Shown here in pieces: positions 43,196 through 56,796 of a stretch of 64,000 nt of DNA. This stretch comes from Lingula anatina (lineage: Eukaryota > Animalia > Brachiopoda). Within the stretch, counting starts at the first letter, position 1. Each line of letters starts with the position of its first letter. The stretch is taken from NCBI GenBank assembly GCA_051362555.1, contig CM120640.1, positions 20,646,001 to 20,710,000 of the forward strand. Direction: 5' to 3'. The notes under the pieces were generated by a model. It was not told where the DNA came from. It was given only the letters and a program-made list of their open reading frames with translations, and searched no databases. The position numbers were made by a program, and so were the translations under genes.

Positions 43196-44153
43196 TGTCC
43201 ATTTAGTATATCCTAGCGTACTTTTGAAATTGAGTGATGAACAATGCATTAAATACATCTCATTGACAAACTGTATACCAAATAACGATTGGCGTGTATC
43301 GGAATGTTGGCACGCGTATATTTAGGGAAGTTTTGTTCCCTTAAAGCATTAATGATTCCATCAGACCGAATCAAAGGCCGTGTTCCCAAAGGCATCGTCA
43401 TAGAAATAGTAAGTCGTAATATAGGCATCAGTGTTTTTTTTTTTTTTTTTTTTGTAACTCGGTTTTGATTGCCCAAAGGCTGTGTCTGAGATGGTCGCTG
43501 TTCTGATGATAACACAAATATCCCCTGGCGAAAAAAGGCCTCTAACAGCTCTTTTGTGTCATACCATCCGGTCATGTTAGGTCCATATCATAATTCATCT
43601 CTTCCTTTGTGCATCAAAACCAGACTGTTATTATTTTTAGCTGTTGGTAAGTGCTGCTCTTGCGTCGATAAGCTTAATTAATTTTGCCACCCCCTCAACT
43701 CATAAACAATTCAACGATAGCATCGTATTTGAGAGACGTAGTGTCAGAAAGGGTATTAGATCGCATGCTTAAAAGAATAAACGCCCACAGCTTAAATCAA
43801 TGAAATGATAAAAAATGCAACCCAAAGACTCGTTTCTATTGACGTTTATGATTAACTGTTCACTTTGTATCTAGTTAAGGTTATTAACTAACGCAAACTC
43901 AATGAGCCAATTTTATACAGACTTTATGCAACACAAAAATAGAAAATATAGGAAAAGAAACAACTGGAAAAAACAGTTTACTGTTGGTACTTTTCTTTCA
44001 AACAGTCATAGCAGTCAACATTGGACCCAAAGACTAGGAAGAAGTGTCACTGTTTTTCAGTCTTTGCTACTAGTATTATTAACACACTACGAAGAAAATT
44101 CAATATCTTTTCCGTAAAGGCGTGTACACATCACAAAAAGGAACCATACGTAC

Positions 44154-44354
44154 CCTTAGTATATAATAAATCTGTATAACCTTGCAAACATCTATAAGAG
44201 TCGGTGGCATCACAGGGACTTGGAGTTTGGTATTTATGTCGTCAAACTTGGTAGTATGGTGTGCTGGGACAAGGTCACTTTTGTATTCCCACACCCTGTG
44301 GTGTATTTCTTTGGATAGTCCCAGTACGCCTTTGTTTATGAAGTATTCTACATA
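44154..44354 (-). CDS. Alpha-arrestin exon 5 (201 nt)
   Basis: ttttag| acceptor and |gtacgt donor. Encodes YVEYFINKGVLG...LQVPVMPPTLIDVCKVIQIYYILR (Arrestin_C L.vP.lPpt...c.iI.i.Y.l motif). Confidence 0.94.
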
Positions 44355-44958
44355 CTAAAATAAATAAAATTAGATAAATTTTGTTGGAAATTCATATCAT
44401 ATGAATAATGTCACTGTGTTAATAATCATTTAAAGTATTTTAGAACTTTCTCACGTCTAAATCAATTATAGACGCTGTAATCAATTTTTTCCCAATTTGC
44501 CTAAGATCACATGGGGTCTACAACACCATCTTTATCTGTACTCAAAGAAAAAGGGAGTACCCCTAAACTGTTGTTCCTGGACTGTCGTTCCTTTTTAAGT
44601 GTCGACATTTTTGTCCTCCGCCCCAGTGAACAGGTCTACTATCTGGTTTCGTTTTGTTTTCATTCCAGACAGCGATTTAGCTCATACAAAGTATCACGCA
44701 AATATAATTCCATAGCTAGTCACGAGCTCAGCTAAATATTAAGCGCAGACATATCAAACCGGAAAAGATTAACGATAATTCGTTTGTTTACAACACGGAA
44801 GATTTTGCTGCATCTGGACTTAAAGAGGGAAAATAAAAAAAAATTATTGCAAGGTGGTATTATCACTTGCAGGTTCATTGTACCCTTCATTGTTCATTGT
44901 TGCAGGTCCATTATTGCAGTACGCTATAAATGTTAGGAGACCTATTTCAGAGCCCTAC

Positions 44959-45138
44959 CTGTATGAGTCTCACCATAAGCCAAACTTTGTTTCCACTACC
45001 ATTTTGTACCTCAGCCTTGAGCTTAATATTCTCTCCACAACAATACCCGCTCCTGTCCAGGGTGGCTTTTAATACAACAGGACCTTTATTGCAGCAGAAA
45101 CAGCACGTGGTCAGTTTGTCCTCTGCCGTAAGGGCTGT
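44959..45138 (-). CDS. Alpha-arrestin exon 4 (180 nt)
   Basis: ttctag| acceptor and |gtaggg donor. Encodes TALTAEDKLTTCCFCCNKGPVVLKATLDRSGYCCGENIKLKAEVQNGSGNKVWLMVRLIQ, the start of Arrestin_C. Confidence 0.94.
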
Positions 45139-45320
45139 CTAGAAACAAACACGTAAATAAACAAAATCCAATATACTAAATATAAAATGGAATATAAAGG
45201 AACATGCATGGTTATCAAATATAGGAATCGACAGGGCAATTACTGTACCAAACAGGAATTGTTTGAATAAATTTATTAAAGACATAAAGGTTATCAAATG
45301 GCAAAAAAGTCAATACCTTG

Positions 45321-45595
45321 CAGTGGCAGATTTAGATGAGAGGGTCAGGGGGGTCCTGTTCCCCCCAAACCCCTTCTATTTTTGAAAAAATGACAACAAT
45401 GGTCCCCTCTTGAAATTAAAATTTTGACTAGCTGAATAATAGTTCTAAACCGTACCAAATGGCACCATTTGCCCTCTAAAATATCATTTTTTTCCAACGC
45501 CAACGGAGGGGTGGGGTGGGGGGGTGGGGGGGGGAGAGTTCGGCTTGCATCCGCAGATCCCCCCCCCCCTTCAAATAATCCTGGATCCGCCCCTG
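45321..45595. mobile_element. Non-autonomous DNA transposon (MITE), 275 bp, in arrestin intron 3
   Basis: Imperfect TIRs CAGTGGCAGATTTAG / CAGGGGCGGATCCAG (11 of 15 match), flanked by the direct repeat CCTTG (45316-45320 and 45596-45600). Internal G/C runs; non-coding. Confidence 0.85.
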
Positions 45596-46068
45596 CCTTG
45601 AACATTGAGTGCATTTCGTATTAAATTCTTCTTTAATTTTTGGCTTCATAAGTATAACATAAAATGTGTTTCTACTCTATGTATATCACGAGAATTATTC
45701 CTCTCTAGTCTGACCATTGCACCACCTATTTCTACTCCATTTCAATTATACATTACTTTATTTCAATAGCTTTCAATTTTTATTTTGATATTAGGCATTT
45801 ATCTTTCCCTTCATGAAACTGACATTTTAGATATTACCCGTGTTTATATGTTTTTTCATTTTCTTTCAGCAAAATAACCAGTTGCAGTTGCAAGATTATT
45901 TGAAGAAGCTTTTGTTTCCTGAGTGACTTTAATTACATTACAAATGAATGTTTCAAAAATAACACTTACTGGTCCTTGTCTTAAAATGCAAGTAACACGA
46001 ATGTATACCAAAGTCCATCGTACAAAGAGTACTTGCGGCAAAAAGGAACCTGCATGGCTCTCACTTAC

Positions 46069-46304
46069 CAGATATCTTTCATCCATGCAATCTATGTGTG
46101 GACCAATTATTGTGAAGTACTTCAGACCCTGGGGCGGGGAATAATAAGGGATGTCAATTGTCACCCGTAAGTAGTATCGAATTGTGCCTATCTTGCTTTC
46201 AAATGAACACGGGAGAGCACTCTCCGGCAGTGTGAAGGAGAACGGAAACTTGTGATCTCCGCGGTGAAGTATGGGATTCGATTTGTCATCATGGTCGTTG
46301 TGCT
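46069..46304 (-). CDS. Alpha-arrestin exon 3 (236 nt)
   Basis: ttttag| acceptor and |gtaagt donor. Contains LHRGDHKFPFSFTLPESALPCSFESKIGTIRYYLRVTID, the classic G.h.fpF.f.LP...LP.SFe...G.IrY motif. Confidence 0.97.
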
Positions 46305-46786
46305 CTAAAATGATAGAAATGTATATAGGTTTAAATGTGCACACAAAGGTGCACAGTGCAGCAGAATAACGGTCAACTCACACCCATGTCACATTAAAAG
46401 CAGGCCCAACCTTTAGTTCTACTAGTAGTCCTGTTATTTACCCAACATTTAAAATGGAAACTCGTGGGCCTGGAACACAAATACCTTTAGACGAAGAAAA
46501 GTGACAACCGCAATGCTGACTGTTGTAATTTGAACAAATGTCATGTCTATCATAAAGCCACGCAACCATTACCGTTGTTTAAGTAGTCAGGACGGTGGGT
46601 GGTGGTAGGCGGGAACTGACAGATTACATATTGTTAAGTAGGGCCTAGGCAAAATACCATCTATATCTAGACGTATAAGATCAGAAAACGGACCACGTTG
46701 AAGGTAAATGCCTAGATTCGTTTTCATATAGAGGTTAAGATTTGAAAGAATGTTATACACTAAGTCTGGCAATCGAATACATTTAC

Positions 46787-46909
46787 CTTTCCCCCATACA
46801 CTTTGTTTATCTTCAATGAAGTATTGGTCTTCTTTTACTGTCCTCCGTTCACCACTGCGCATGATTTTCCATTCTACGTGCGCTTTGCCGCGCAAAAACA
46901 CTTTGATTC
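46787..46909 (-). CDS. Alpha-arrestin exon 2 (123 nt)
   Basis: ttctag| acceptor and |gtaaat donor. Encodes (G)IKVFLRGKAHVEWKIMRSGERRTVKEDQYFIEDKQSVWGK, containing the GxAxVxW Arrestin_N motif. Confidence 0.95.
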
Positions 46910-49900
46910 CTAGAAGAAAGCATTGTTATTAGTTTTGCTGATGGATCTTCAAGAAGTCGTAATTATCAGGTCAACTTTGTGAAAGATCACTCGGTATTTT
47001 ACTTAAAACCACAAACTCAAGATTGAAGGTGGCATTACCTTTTTTCTTGTGTGAAAAAAGTTGGCCAAATATATTGCACATATTTCATATTCGTTTTCCT
47101 TCCCAATTCAATATTTCTAAGTGCAGATACCGTGCCTAGCATTTAATTACATCTATTTGACTCACTCGTCAGTGAATGGTCACCATCTAGGCTTTGTACA
47201 CTTATGTGACTTATATGCATTTATCTGTTAATCTGGTTTTTGTCATATTTTAGTGACACGCCATGTATCTTTTTTTCATGACTAAAATTTTTAAAGATAT
47301 GATACAACAACAACGATCTATGGTGAAATATTGTAAAGGTAAATAACTGCTTTACCGTGGATAAAACCGCTTGCATGTTTGCATTTGAATTTCACCATGC
47401 ACAGTGGTATCTCAACTTTTTCAGGTCAACTTCATACTTGTTTTTAGCTTAGTGCATTATGACTATGCGTAACCAAAGGTTTTTTCTTTCATTTAAGTGG
47501 TTATTTTGATATATTTAAAATCGATAACGAAGGTATGTCAGCACGACAGTTTTCCAAGCCTTCATTCCAATTATCAATGCTCCCCAGCACAAACGTTTAA
47601 CCATAAACAATAAGATAATCAAATGTTATGTGTAGTTTTTGAGCCTTTGTTTCAATATTTGTTCGCATACTCCCAAAGGTGGCACCCTAACTTTCAAACG
47701 TCCCTTAAACGACTTATCCGCAGCGACCAGCAAAGTTTGTTGGTCATAAAAATAAGTTTAAAATAAGTTTCAAACAGTCCCTTAGACTATGGGTGAAAAG
47801 TTTTCGAGAGCCCCGGCCATGTCTTAAAGGTCTGCCATTAACAGATATTTCGTTTTCGCCGATCAATACTCTAAATACTTTAGAACCCTTTCAAATCCCA
47901 ATATGCATCTTGGATGAACAGCTGTTGTCAGTTACTACTTTTTCTTTTTTCTTCTTCTTTTGCTTCAATTCTTTTGTATTCCTTTGCGTTAATTCTTTTG
48001 TATTGTTTATCAGCATATGTCCCTCTCTGACAATCAACTGCACAGCGACAATTTGCGCTGCATTGTCATGGCTTTTCTGATATTGAAACTAAAAATCAAC
48101 GCAAACAAAGGAGGCATAATTCCGATTACATAAACGTTTGCCATACATAAACGTTTTTTTGAAAAGAGGCATCAGTAACAGCCTTTGCATTTCCAAATTC
48201 TTTACATGATTAAGTCTACCATTCTTCAGTGCACACGTCTTGAATACTCTTTTTATTCAGCGCAAAATAGGGATTTTTAAATTATAAATTACAAATATTA
48301 AAATATTTGCCGTTCAAATGCTCAATATGTAGAGGACGAAATCACGCGTTGCTGTTGGTTATGACGTTGCTTTGAGATCACTGTCACGTATCAGTCGCTT
48401 GTCTCTGACTTACGATGGCGTATTACCGTGTTTATGCCATTCTGATATACAATACCATAGAATTGGACGCCCCCGTTTAATTTGCACAATCGGCACCTTT
48501 CCTGTTTTTGCACATAGAACGCCCACAATTACCTGGAGATAATAACGGAGTTTTCACGTTCCTTTGTGGATGTATAATTAACCGAGTCAACACATTCCAA
48601 ATACGTTTTATAAGTCCCAATTATACGACATTATTCACGTGTTCTATAACACGCACAAGTACAGCAATGGATGCTATTTTAGGATGTTCAGGATACTACG
48701 GTGTTTGTCAAAAGAGTTCAATATGCGATCATTAAAACAATGAGTTTTTCCCTTGAGCGTGACGAACGTTGTATCGCAGAAAGCCATCGAGATGGACTGT
48801 CCATAAAGCAGATTGCCAGACAGTGCAGAATGGCAGCAAGTCCAGCATCCAAACTGGTTACAAAATGACAATGACGTCAAACGAACCATACTAAGGGCAG
48901 GCCTGCTTCTGGTAGAACCACATTAACAAATTTGTCATCACAATGGCTTTATGTCGACAAATTAAGTTACACATATATGTTCCAGGGATGTTCACCGGAC
49001 AGTGACACATATGAAATTCTGATTGGTCGCTAAGAATAACACATTAATGCATATCATGTACAAAACATTTGATGCAAGGCAATACGTAATATCCCCAAAA
49101 GTGTTTAACTTGCATAATCGCAAATATCTCTTTGTGACAGAACATGACAGGGATAAGACAGACAGAGCAGTGAACGAGAAGCAAGCTTCAGACAGCTCCA
49201 GCTTGCAATACCTGACAAATGGAGCAGGCCCCAATGCAATTATTACAGAATCTGGTCACATGTGGCAGTGAAACTGTCTCAAAACCAGGGGAAAGACACA
49301 CGCTCTTGATCTCCTCATAACTGATTTACTATTTATTGTCTGATCCGTCTTTAATGTCAATCAATTCAACGTGATTTAAGTTTATTTCTGTCAACAAACT
49401 GTTTTCACCGGGAGGTACGTATTGCCGAGTGAGTATACTTTTTAGCCACTTGACTTTGCACATATCACTACCTTTTTTGAAGCCATTCGCATTATTAAAA
49501 TACATTGTGTGGTGAATAAAAGAAATAGAAATGTTCAACTATAAATAAATATTTATAAAATATGAACGAAAACCGCATAGTCCTATGACATTTCAAACAA
49601 GAAGGTTTTGAAAAATTCAAGGTGATGCTTTACTTATGAGCATAAGTGTATATGACAAAGAGAAGAAGCGATCCTAGAATACCCAGTTAATTAATTTATC
49701 AATTTACGCCACCCATTTCCCCGATGTCTTAATCCAATCTGAATTATATATAATAACGTGTGTGTGTGTGCTAATGAAAATACGACCGGACTGAACATCT
49801 TCATATGGCAATTACAGTACCAGATAATATGCTGTTTGCTATAAATGACTCTCTTGCATTAGTTCCTAACACCGTTGACACGTAACAAAGCTTCAAAGTA

Positions 49901-50066
49901 CTATTTTTGGGTGATAGTTGGCCTCATTATGATGAAAGAATTCAATTATATCAAATGCTGCGTTTGATTATCGAGGAGAAATCGTATGTCTACCAAGTGA
50001 TACGGAAGATAGCGTTGACGGGGACATACCCTAGCTGTTCCCATATGGCAGCACTGGTACGCCCTT

Positions 50067-50120
50067 GTGAGAAACGTGCTTGTCCATGGGCCATAGTGAG
50101 AAACGTGCTAGTCCATGGGC
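50067..50120 (+). repeat. 29-bp-period tandem duplication
   Basis: GTGAGAAACGTGCT(T/A)GTCCATGGGC occurs at 50067 and 50096. Confidence 0.9.
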
Positions 50121-50161
50121 ATCCGCGGACCCTGCTTCAAATAATCCTGGATCCGCCTCTG
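50119..50161. mobile_element. Terminal fragment of the same MITE family
   Basis: GCATCCGCGGACCC..CTTCAAATAATCCTGGATCCGCCTCTG closely matches the right end of the 45321-45595 element. Confidence 0.75.
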
Positions 50162-50344
50162 TAATGCCCATTATCAAATAAAGTTTGTTCCTCAATGTAT
50201 ACCACATCCTTATCGTTAAGATATTCTAAATAAATCGGCTGTTTCAAGCAAACCCATACAATGCCCCCAAGACATACAAACGCGGATGCTCATATTATTT
50301 CATGTGATATCAACTGGTTGGCTGGTTGATATACTTAATAAATC

Positions 50345-50364
50345 GGGGGGGGGGGGGGGGGGGG
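50345..50364 (+). repeat. Poly-G run (20 nt)
   Basis: Read directly. Confidence 0.93.
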
Positions 50365-53190
50365 AACAATCGTTATCTTAGTACGAGTCTCTCCTCCTCA
50401 TGTTCCCGTTGGAATACATACATGTATATGTTTTATACAAGGTGGAATAAAAACAGCCAAAGCGAAATCCAATTATTCCAAAAAATGTGTACTATAACCC
50501 AACAAAGTTTCACTTAATACACATACTGCTAATTTCTCTTGCATATAAAATTTGACACAAAAGTTTTCTAAAAGCTACGCTATTATACGGGTTTAAGCGT
50601 GGTGTTATCTTTTGAATGTACCCTTACTTCAGACTCCAGTTGATTATCACTCAATGATCAGGTTAAAGTAACTTTTCGAACACATAAGAACATTATGAAA
50701 ATGCTGTATCTAAATCTATAAAAGCGTACAGGTCAAGTTCACAATGTTCTGTTTGTAGTTTAATGTCAAAGCATAAGGGATTGCCTTTTTTAAACGGTAT
50801 AGTGGCTGGAGTATCACTAAGACAAATGAAATGACCATACTTTGAAAGCTGGTACATCTATTCATGACAGAGTTTAAGCAGAGCACATTTATTGCCAAGT
50901 TCGTATCAAATGTATGAGACACTACAGTCAACTAACTGATAACGATCTATATTCCAGGACACAAGGAAGTATTTATTTATTTAGGAGCTCACACAACAAC
51001 ATGAGTGGTTCAAAAACACGATATAATGTTTCGATAACTTTATTGGTAAAGTCAAACATTTTAAAGAACATGCTTTCCTACTTAATGGATATATCCCTGG
51101 AATTCAATGAAGTGCGTGTGGGTGTTTCTTAGCATCGGAAATCATGAAAATTCCATCAGTGTCGATAATTTGGAAAAGTAGGCCTAGCATCTCCGATCTA
51201 AAATCCATGAAATGAATTGTTGGGTGTATGTCACTATTAGAAAACGAAGACTGAAGAGCGTTTACGCCAACAAACGGTGCCATCTTTGTGCGCAAGGGGC
51301 TCCAAAAGTCCAATACATCAAATGGCTTATCTAAATATACCTGTACAGTATACATTCGGTACAACACGTTTGTCGCAAGGAGGGGAATTTGCATGATGCA
51401 ATGGTGATAATTCAAAAACGAGGTTTAATATACAAGATATCGAACTCATCACCTGGTGCTGGTTGCATCCAGACAATTACTAAATTAATAAATGCAATTG
51501 TTAAGGTTCGTCAAATCTTTATTGTGACATCTATGTAAGTACGATAATACAAATGCGCTTTGTGCATTTCTGGTATTATTATATTACGAGATACATATAC
51601 AAATGCCTCCGCAAAATTGTAATCAAATATTATGTAAAGAGTTTCATAGGTCTGTTTTCATTTTATTATAGATCCAAATTTTGTTTCACCCGTTGACGGT
51701 TTCATCTGATCATTCATAAAATGAAAACTGAAATAACAAGTGACTGAACATTGGCTTTGGTCTGTTTAATATGTAGGCTGTGCTCTGATTAGATCGAGAT
51801 TGAAACCCGAACCTAAACACAGGACTTCCGTTCCGTTCACAGGAAGTCCACGACCTAGATCAGAAAATTGACCAGGTCACTGCCCTCTTCATTAGACTCA
51901 ACTTGGCGGCAACGGATTGCACTGTCGTCGTATGTCGACAACGAAATCACTCAATTGCCAAATAGCAAAACAATCTCAAAATTCCCATGAGATTGAGGTA
52001 TTTAAGGCAACGTTCTCAAAGTATTTCTCAGACAAAATTCATAACGGCAGAAGTTGCACGTACGGTTCACCCAATAATTCCGGATTGCTCATTACCAACA
52101 GTTGTTTAATCGTACCCCGACCAAACCACTGAATTTGATCATCCTAAAGCATTTGCAGGAGGTTACATTAAGATATTTGAAAACTTCACAGAAAAATATC
52201 ATAGATAATATTGAAAAAGACCAAAGACAAGCTGGTGTACAGAGCCATACAGAGTATACTTAACAAACACCATCCGTCAAAAATATCGATTGAAGCTCTT
52301 CTCTTGACATGCCCGAGAAAACTGAGAGTAAAATATTTTGGTACAGAAAGGTAGCATGGAGAACATATCACTGTTCTACAGCTGATTTTGCTGTTACTGG
52401 ATGGATTTACCTTGTATTTGCATTAACACAGGGTATCTTTCAAATGTTTGTTTTGAAGTCAATTGTGTCTAATTACAAAGACTCAAGGGAGACTAACAAA
52501 TAGGTCGAAAGAGGCGTACCTTCCACTGAAATTGATTATGATCTACCTTTTGAATCTTTTGCAGCTGATGCATATATAAAAGCACAGGATTGCACAATAT
52601 CACACCAACAATAAAAGATTAAGAGCTATTTCAACCAAATTGAAACCAATGAATAGATATAAATCCGAAATATACAAAAATGACAAAAACAATCATTTTG
52701 ACACCATATATATTACACATATAAACCAAAAACTAATATGTAATTTTCATTCTAAACTTAAATTGCTGTTAGGAAGGATTCTTTCAAAACCGACGACGAA
52801 AATGGTTCAAGTGATGACTTTTAAATAGTCAATATTTAGCATTTCTCAGGAGAACTGGTATTTTTACTGCAAAGCACTTTAATTCTATTAACACCTTCTG
52901 TCTACTGCATTTGGCTTCGAAAGTACCAGTTGTTATTCATGCGACTCAAGTGCTATGAATCATCTCTCCCATATCTCTCTTGCGAATCCCTACTTGGACT
53001 GCGGCGTCGCGTTCAATCGGAAATAATAACATAAAAGTGGTCGTTGTGTTGTTGGAATGAGTCGCACTATTATCACTTTGTGGTGTGTATTAAAACCAAT
53101 GGTAGAGCTGGTTAACTGTAAACTCACTTTCTTTCGAATCTTATTTAATTACCTTGTTATCTTACATACAACATTCTGCATGTACCTCGC

Positions 53191-53218
<28 letters not shown>
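53191..53218 (+). repeat. (GT)14 microsatellite
   Basis: Read directly. Confidence 0.96.
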
Positions 53219-53221
<3 letters not shown>

Positions 53222-56200
53222 GTAACGGCGCTCAATCAAATACAAGCAAGCCGAATACATCTATCACTTAAAAGAGAAAGGTTAGGGGTTAAATAATCTG
53301 GAACAAAACATGTAAATATAATGCACTGTTTGAGTGTATCACTCTTTTTATCATTTTGCCGTTTCTGCCAAGACAACGCACCACCTGCTCCACTCAAACT
53401 GCCAAAAGCAATTCCATAATAACTTCGTTTTAGTCAATATTCCCGGGAGGTAAAAGATATTTAATTAAATTAAGGTGGGGGACTATGCATTTTTTCTCCA
53501 TACAAAGGGTATTTTGTGACATTCTGGGAAGGCATTGGTGTTAATATCTCTGGTATGTACAGGTAGTCTGGCTATACTATGAATGAGGACAACTGAACCA
53601 ATTAAAAAGAAGAAAGATAAAAAAGGGGAAAATAGCTGTGGTATGATGGGTGACTGTGAAATATACAAAAAAATCCATTCATTTTCATTCCCAGGTTGTT
53701 CACATTGTCTCTTCATCCTCCAAGCTTCTTTCTCTGGTCTCGATTAATTGATTTCCCTATTGAAAATTGAGAGCAACCACCAGTCAGACCGGCAACTCCG
53801 TGTCGTAATTAGCTTTCCTCGTAGGACTTCAGTGCGCTGGGATTAAATCACCAATCTCAAATCTAATATAATCAAGGGTCGAATTCAAGCATACGCTGCT
53901 TGAGCCATCGAGTTTTACATCCGTATTGCAAAATCCGTAGCTATTAGGTTATGATGTTTACGTGGTGCCCTGGCTGTGTATAACTGTAGAATCTTGCAAC
54001 TGTATGTAATTGGCGACTACCGCTTGATACATCCACCTTCATATTGATATTGTTGATATTAAAGCAGCTAGAACAACTATACTTATATTCTTGTTTGATC
54101 CACAGTCGTATAGATTAACATGCCTGAGACCTCAGCTTATGACTAGTTTACTAGATTTATATGAAAGCGATCATCATTTGATGACTGCAACATATTAAAA
54201 TAGTTTCTATATCTACATGTTTATCAGCGGCCATATTGTTTCGACTTTTTAAATAGTTAACTTATCATGAAAAGTCACAAACATTATCTGCGTTTCTATG
54301 TCCAAAATAATCCAAAATGTGAACATAAACCGTTCGTGCTGTAAAGTGCATACAAGACTTACTTTAAAAATGAACCAAACAGCGCTTTCAGCCCTGGGTT
54401 GTTATGGTAATGTTTTTCAAAGACTCGGGGACCTTTGTACTTTGAGTTATTTTAATTTGTGTCCGTTACCGTGTGTGGTGTCACATATATGACAAGAACG
54501 CAGATATGCGAAAATGATGGCTCTTGGCAAAAAAAGTAGCTGAAATAAAAAAGCAAATCTCGATGATAAAAGATCCTGCCGTTTTGTGGTCAATAACACG
54601 ATATCTACGAAGTGAACTGGGGACACTTTTGTAACCTTCACCATTTGAAACTCTGAGGTAAGGTTTTACAGATGAATATACGTGTATCAAAAAAACGATG
54701 AATAATGAGAAAATCAAGTAAGACCACACGTTGATTTAATAATTTTAAATGAGAAATTACCATGGCGTTGAGTTAATGACTCGTTAAGCCTATAGTTCAC
54801 GCCATCATTAATGCCTTATTCAGATACGTTTCGCACTTAATTAAAGACATGGGAAACGGGTTGATGGAACGAGATATTCCACTAAGGCGAGTTCTTATCG
54901 TGTTTCTTTGATACATTTTCCTTACTACTCAATATCAACTTCATATTTTCCATTTTCACTCAAAAATTTATTCACACCTGTTTCCTGAATCAATATTAGC
55001 ATTTCGATAGGAAAGAACAAGTTGGCTGTCATCGCTCTCCATTATAAGATTCGGCGAGTGATTTCGATGTCTATTTATACAACTTGTGTAGTTTGAATGT
55101 TATAAACATGGTGCATTGAAGTCAAATAATGGCGATCAATCACAGACTACCTTTCTTATACAATAACTAGTCCACTGTGTATTGAAGTGAATAAGGTTAT
55201 CATGAGATGACTTGTAGTCTTGAGAGTAAAATGGGGTATATTATTTTAAAGCGTGGCGATCATAATTAAATGAAATCCACCTTCCTTGTTTTGCCTCTGG
55301 AGCAATACAGCTTTGGTTAGATAGGTTTTGTAAGTATTTCCTGACCTCTACCAATAGTACACATGTTTCTTCTTTACATTCACAAATATAGGGCCTAGTC
55401 CTTCGGGTGATGCTAAATAAGAAAACAATCGTTTGAAATGCTTAAATTCGTGCTATCTTTAGGTCACACATGGGAAGTTAATGATCACTCGGCTTGATTC
55501 TGCTTCTTCCAACAAAACAAGTGTAGAGATGACAAAATAGGAATATAAAAATATCAAAAATATCAAAAAGTCTGAAACAATATTCTTAGATTACGGAAAC
55601 TCTTTGTGGTATTTAACTAGAGTGTAGGACAGATACTTTTAATGTAGAAACCTAGCTTAGTCGAATAAAACCCATTTCAAATGAAGTGTGTAAACTGTGT
55701 GAATCGTTTAAAGACACATTGCATTTTTTTTTTTGCATTCATGTCCAGAGCTAAGTACGTTTTGTAATGATTTTATGTCCAATTTGGAGCTTGATCACAC
55801 TATAGCTGGGCTATCAACATAGTGACCCCATATTATGGCGTTTATACGAGTATAATGTGATAAAGTATTGTTTTCAATATAAGGGATGCTATTTTCTAGA
55901 AACAAGTTGATGAGAATTTAAAAATGGTTTAAAAGAATATGTCTGATTTTAGAGAGAGAGAGATTCTTATTCAAAATCTGTGAAAACTTTACTGTACGTG
56001 AGGACGCCTCAGTGACTCCCTCTGGTCCTATACCTACAAGTTTTTCCTAATACATTTATCATTATGTATCATCTCTTGGAAAAATGTTTTATCAGCCATG
56101 TGCGCACTTGCCTCATCTCGTTTCCATTATGAAAAACATGCCCTGGCTTCTGCCACGGGTATACATATATCATCCCTACATTAAAAATATTATAGTCCTT

Positions 56201-56714
56201 CATTTTGCGTTCTGTGACACCCCAACCACTCAACGCTTCCTCGCCTATGGAATCCATTAGATTGCGAACAGGGGATTGTAATCCGATCATTCCTCCTATT
56301 GGAACATACAACTTGTCATATATGTTCTCTTGTTATGTAACGGGATGCTCCCCATTCTGCTTGAACCTAACATTATGGTCTGGATATAGACTGTGACAGT
56401 ATGGAAGATAGGCATCATCAAGGAGTCTAGAGACAGCTTAGGATAAAAAAACCATCAATACATACGCATTTTTAAACCAATGTCTGCAGTGTGCGCCAAA
56501 AGGATATTTCAAAAACTATTAGGCAATAAATAAATCGGACTAGTAGTTTATTATAAATGAAAGCTCACTGGATTATAAATAGTAGATTGGAAGTTCGAAG
56601 AGCTTTTCTGCATTTATCAATCCGCATTTATAAATAAACATTGGGAACGATAGGTGAAAAACATTGAACAGTATGTATCAGTTTTTCTTTCCTCGCTTTG
56701 CTCGTAAATTTCAA

Positions 56715-56796
56715 TCAAAAGCATTAGAGGCAATTGATCTCACATATACTATATAAACCTTTGTCAAAGACATTAGAGGCAAGTAATTTCACATAT
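56715..56796 (+). repeat. Degenerate 49-bp-period duplication
   Basis: CATTAGAGGCAA...TCACATAT occurs at 56722 and 56771. Confidence 0.65.

Noticed and set aside
42981-43575. ORFs of 108-114 aa containing CVCVCV or poly-K
   Set aside because: Read-through of microsatellite and homopolymer runs in an intron.
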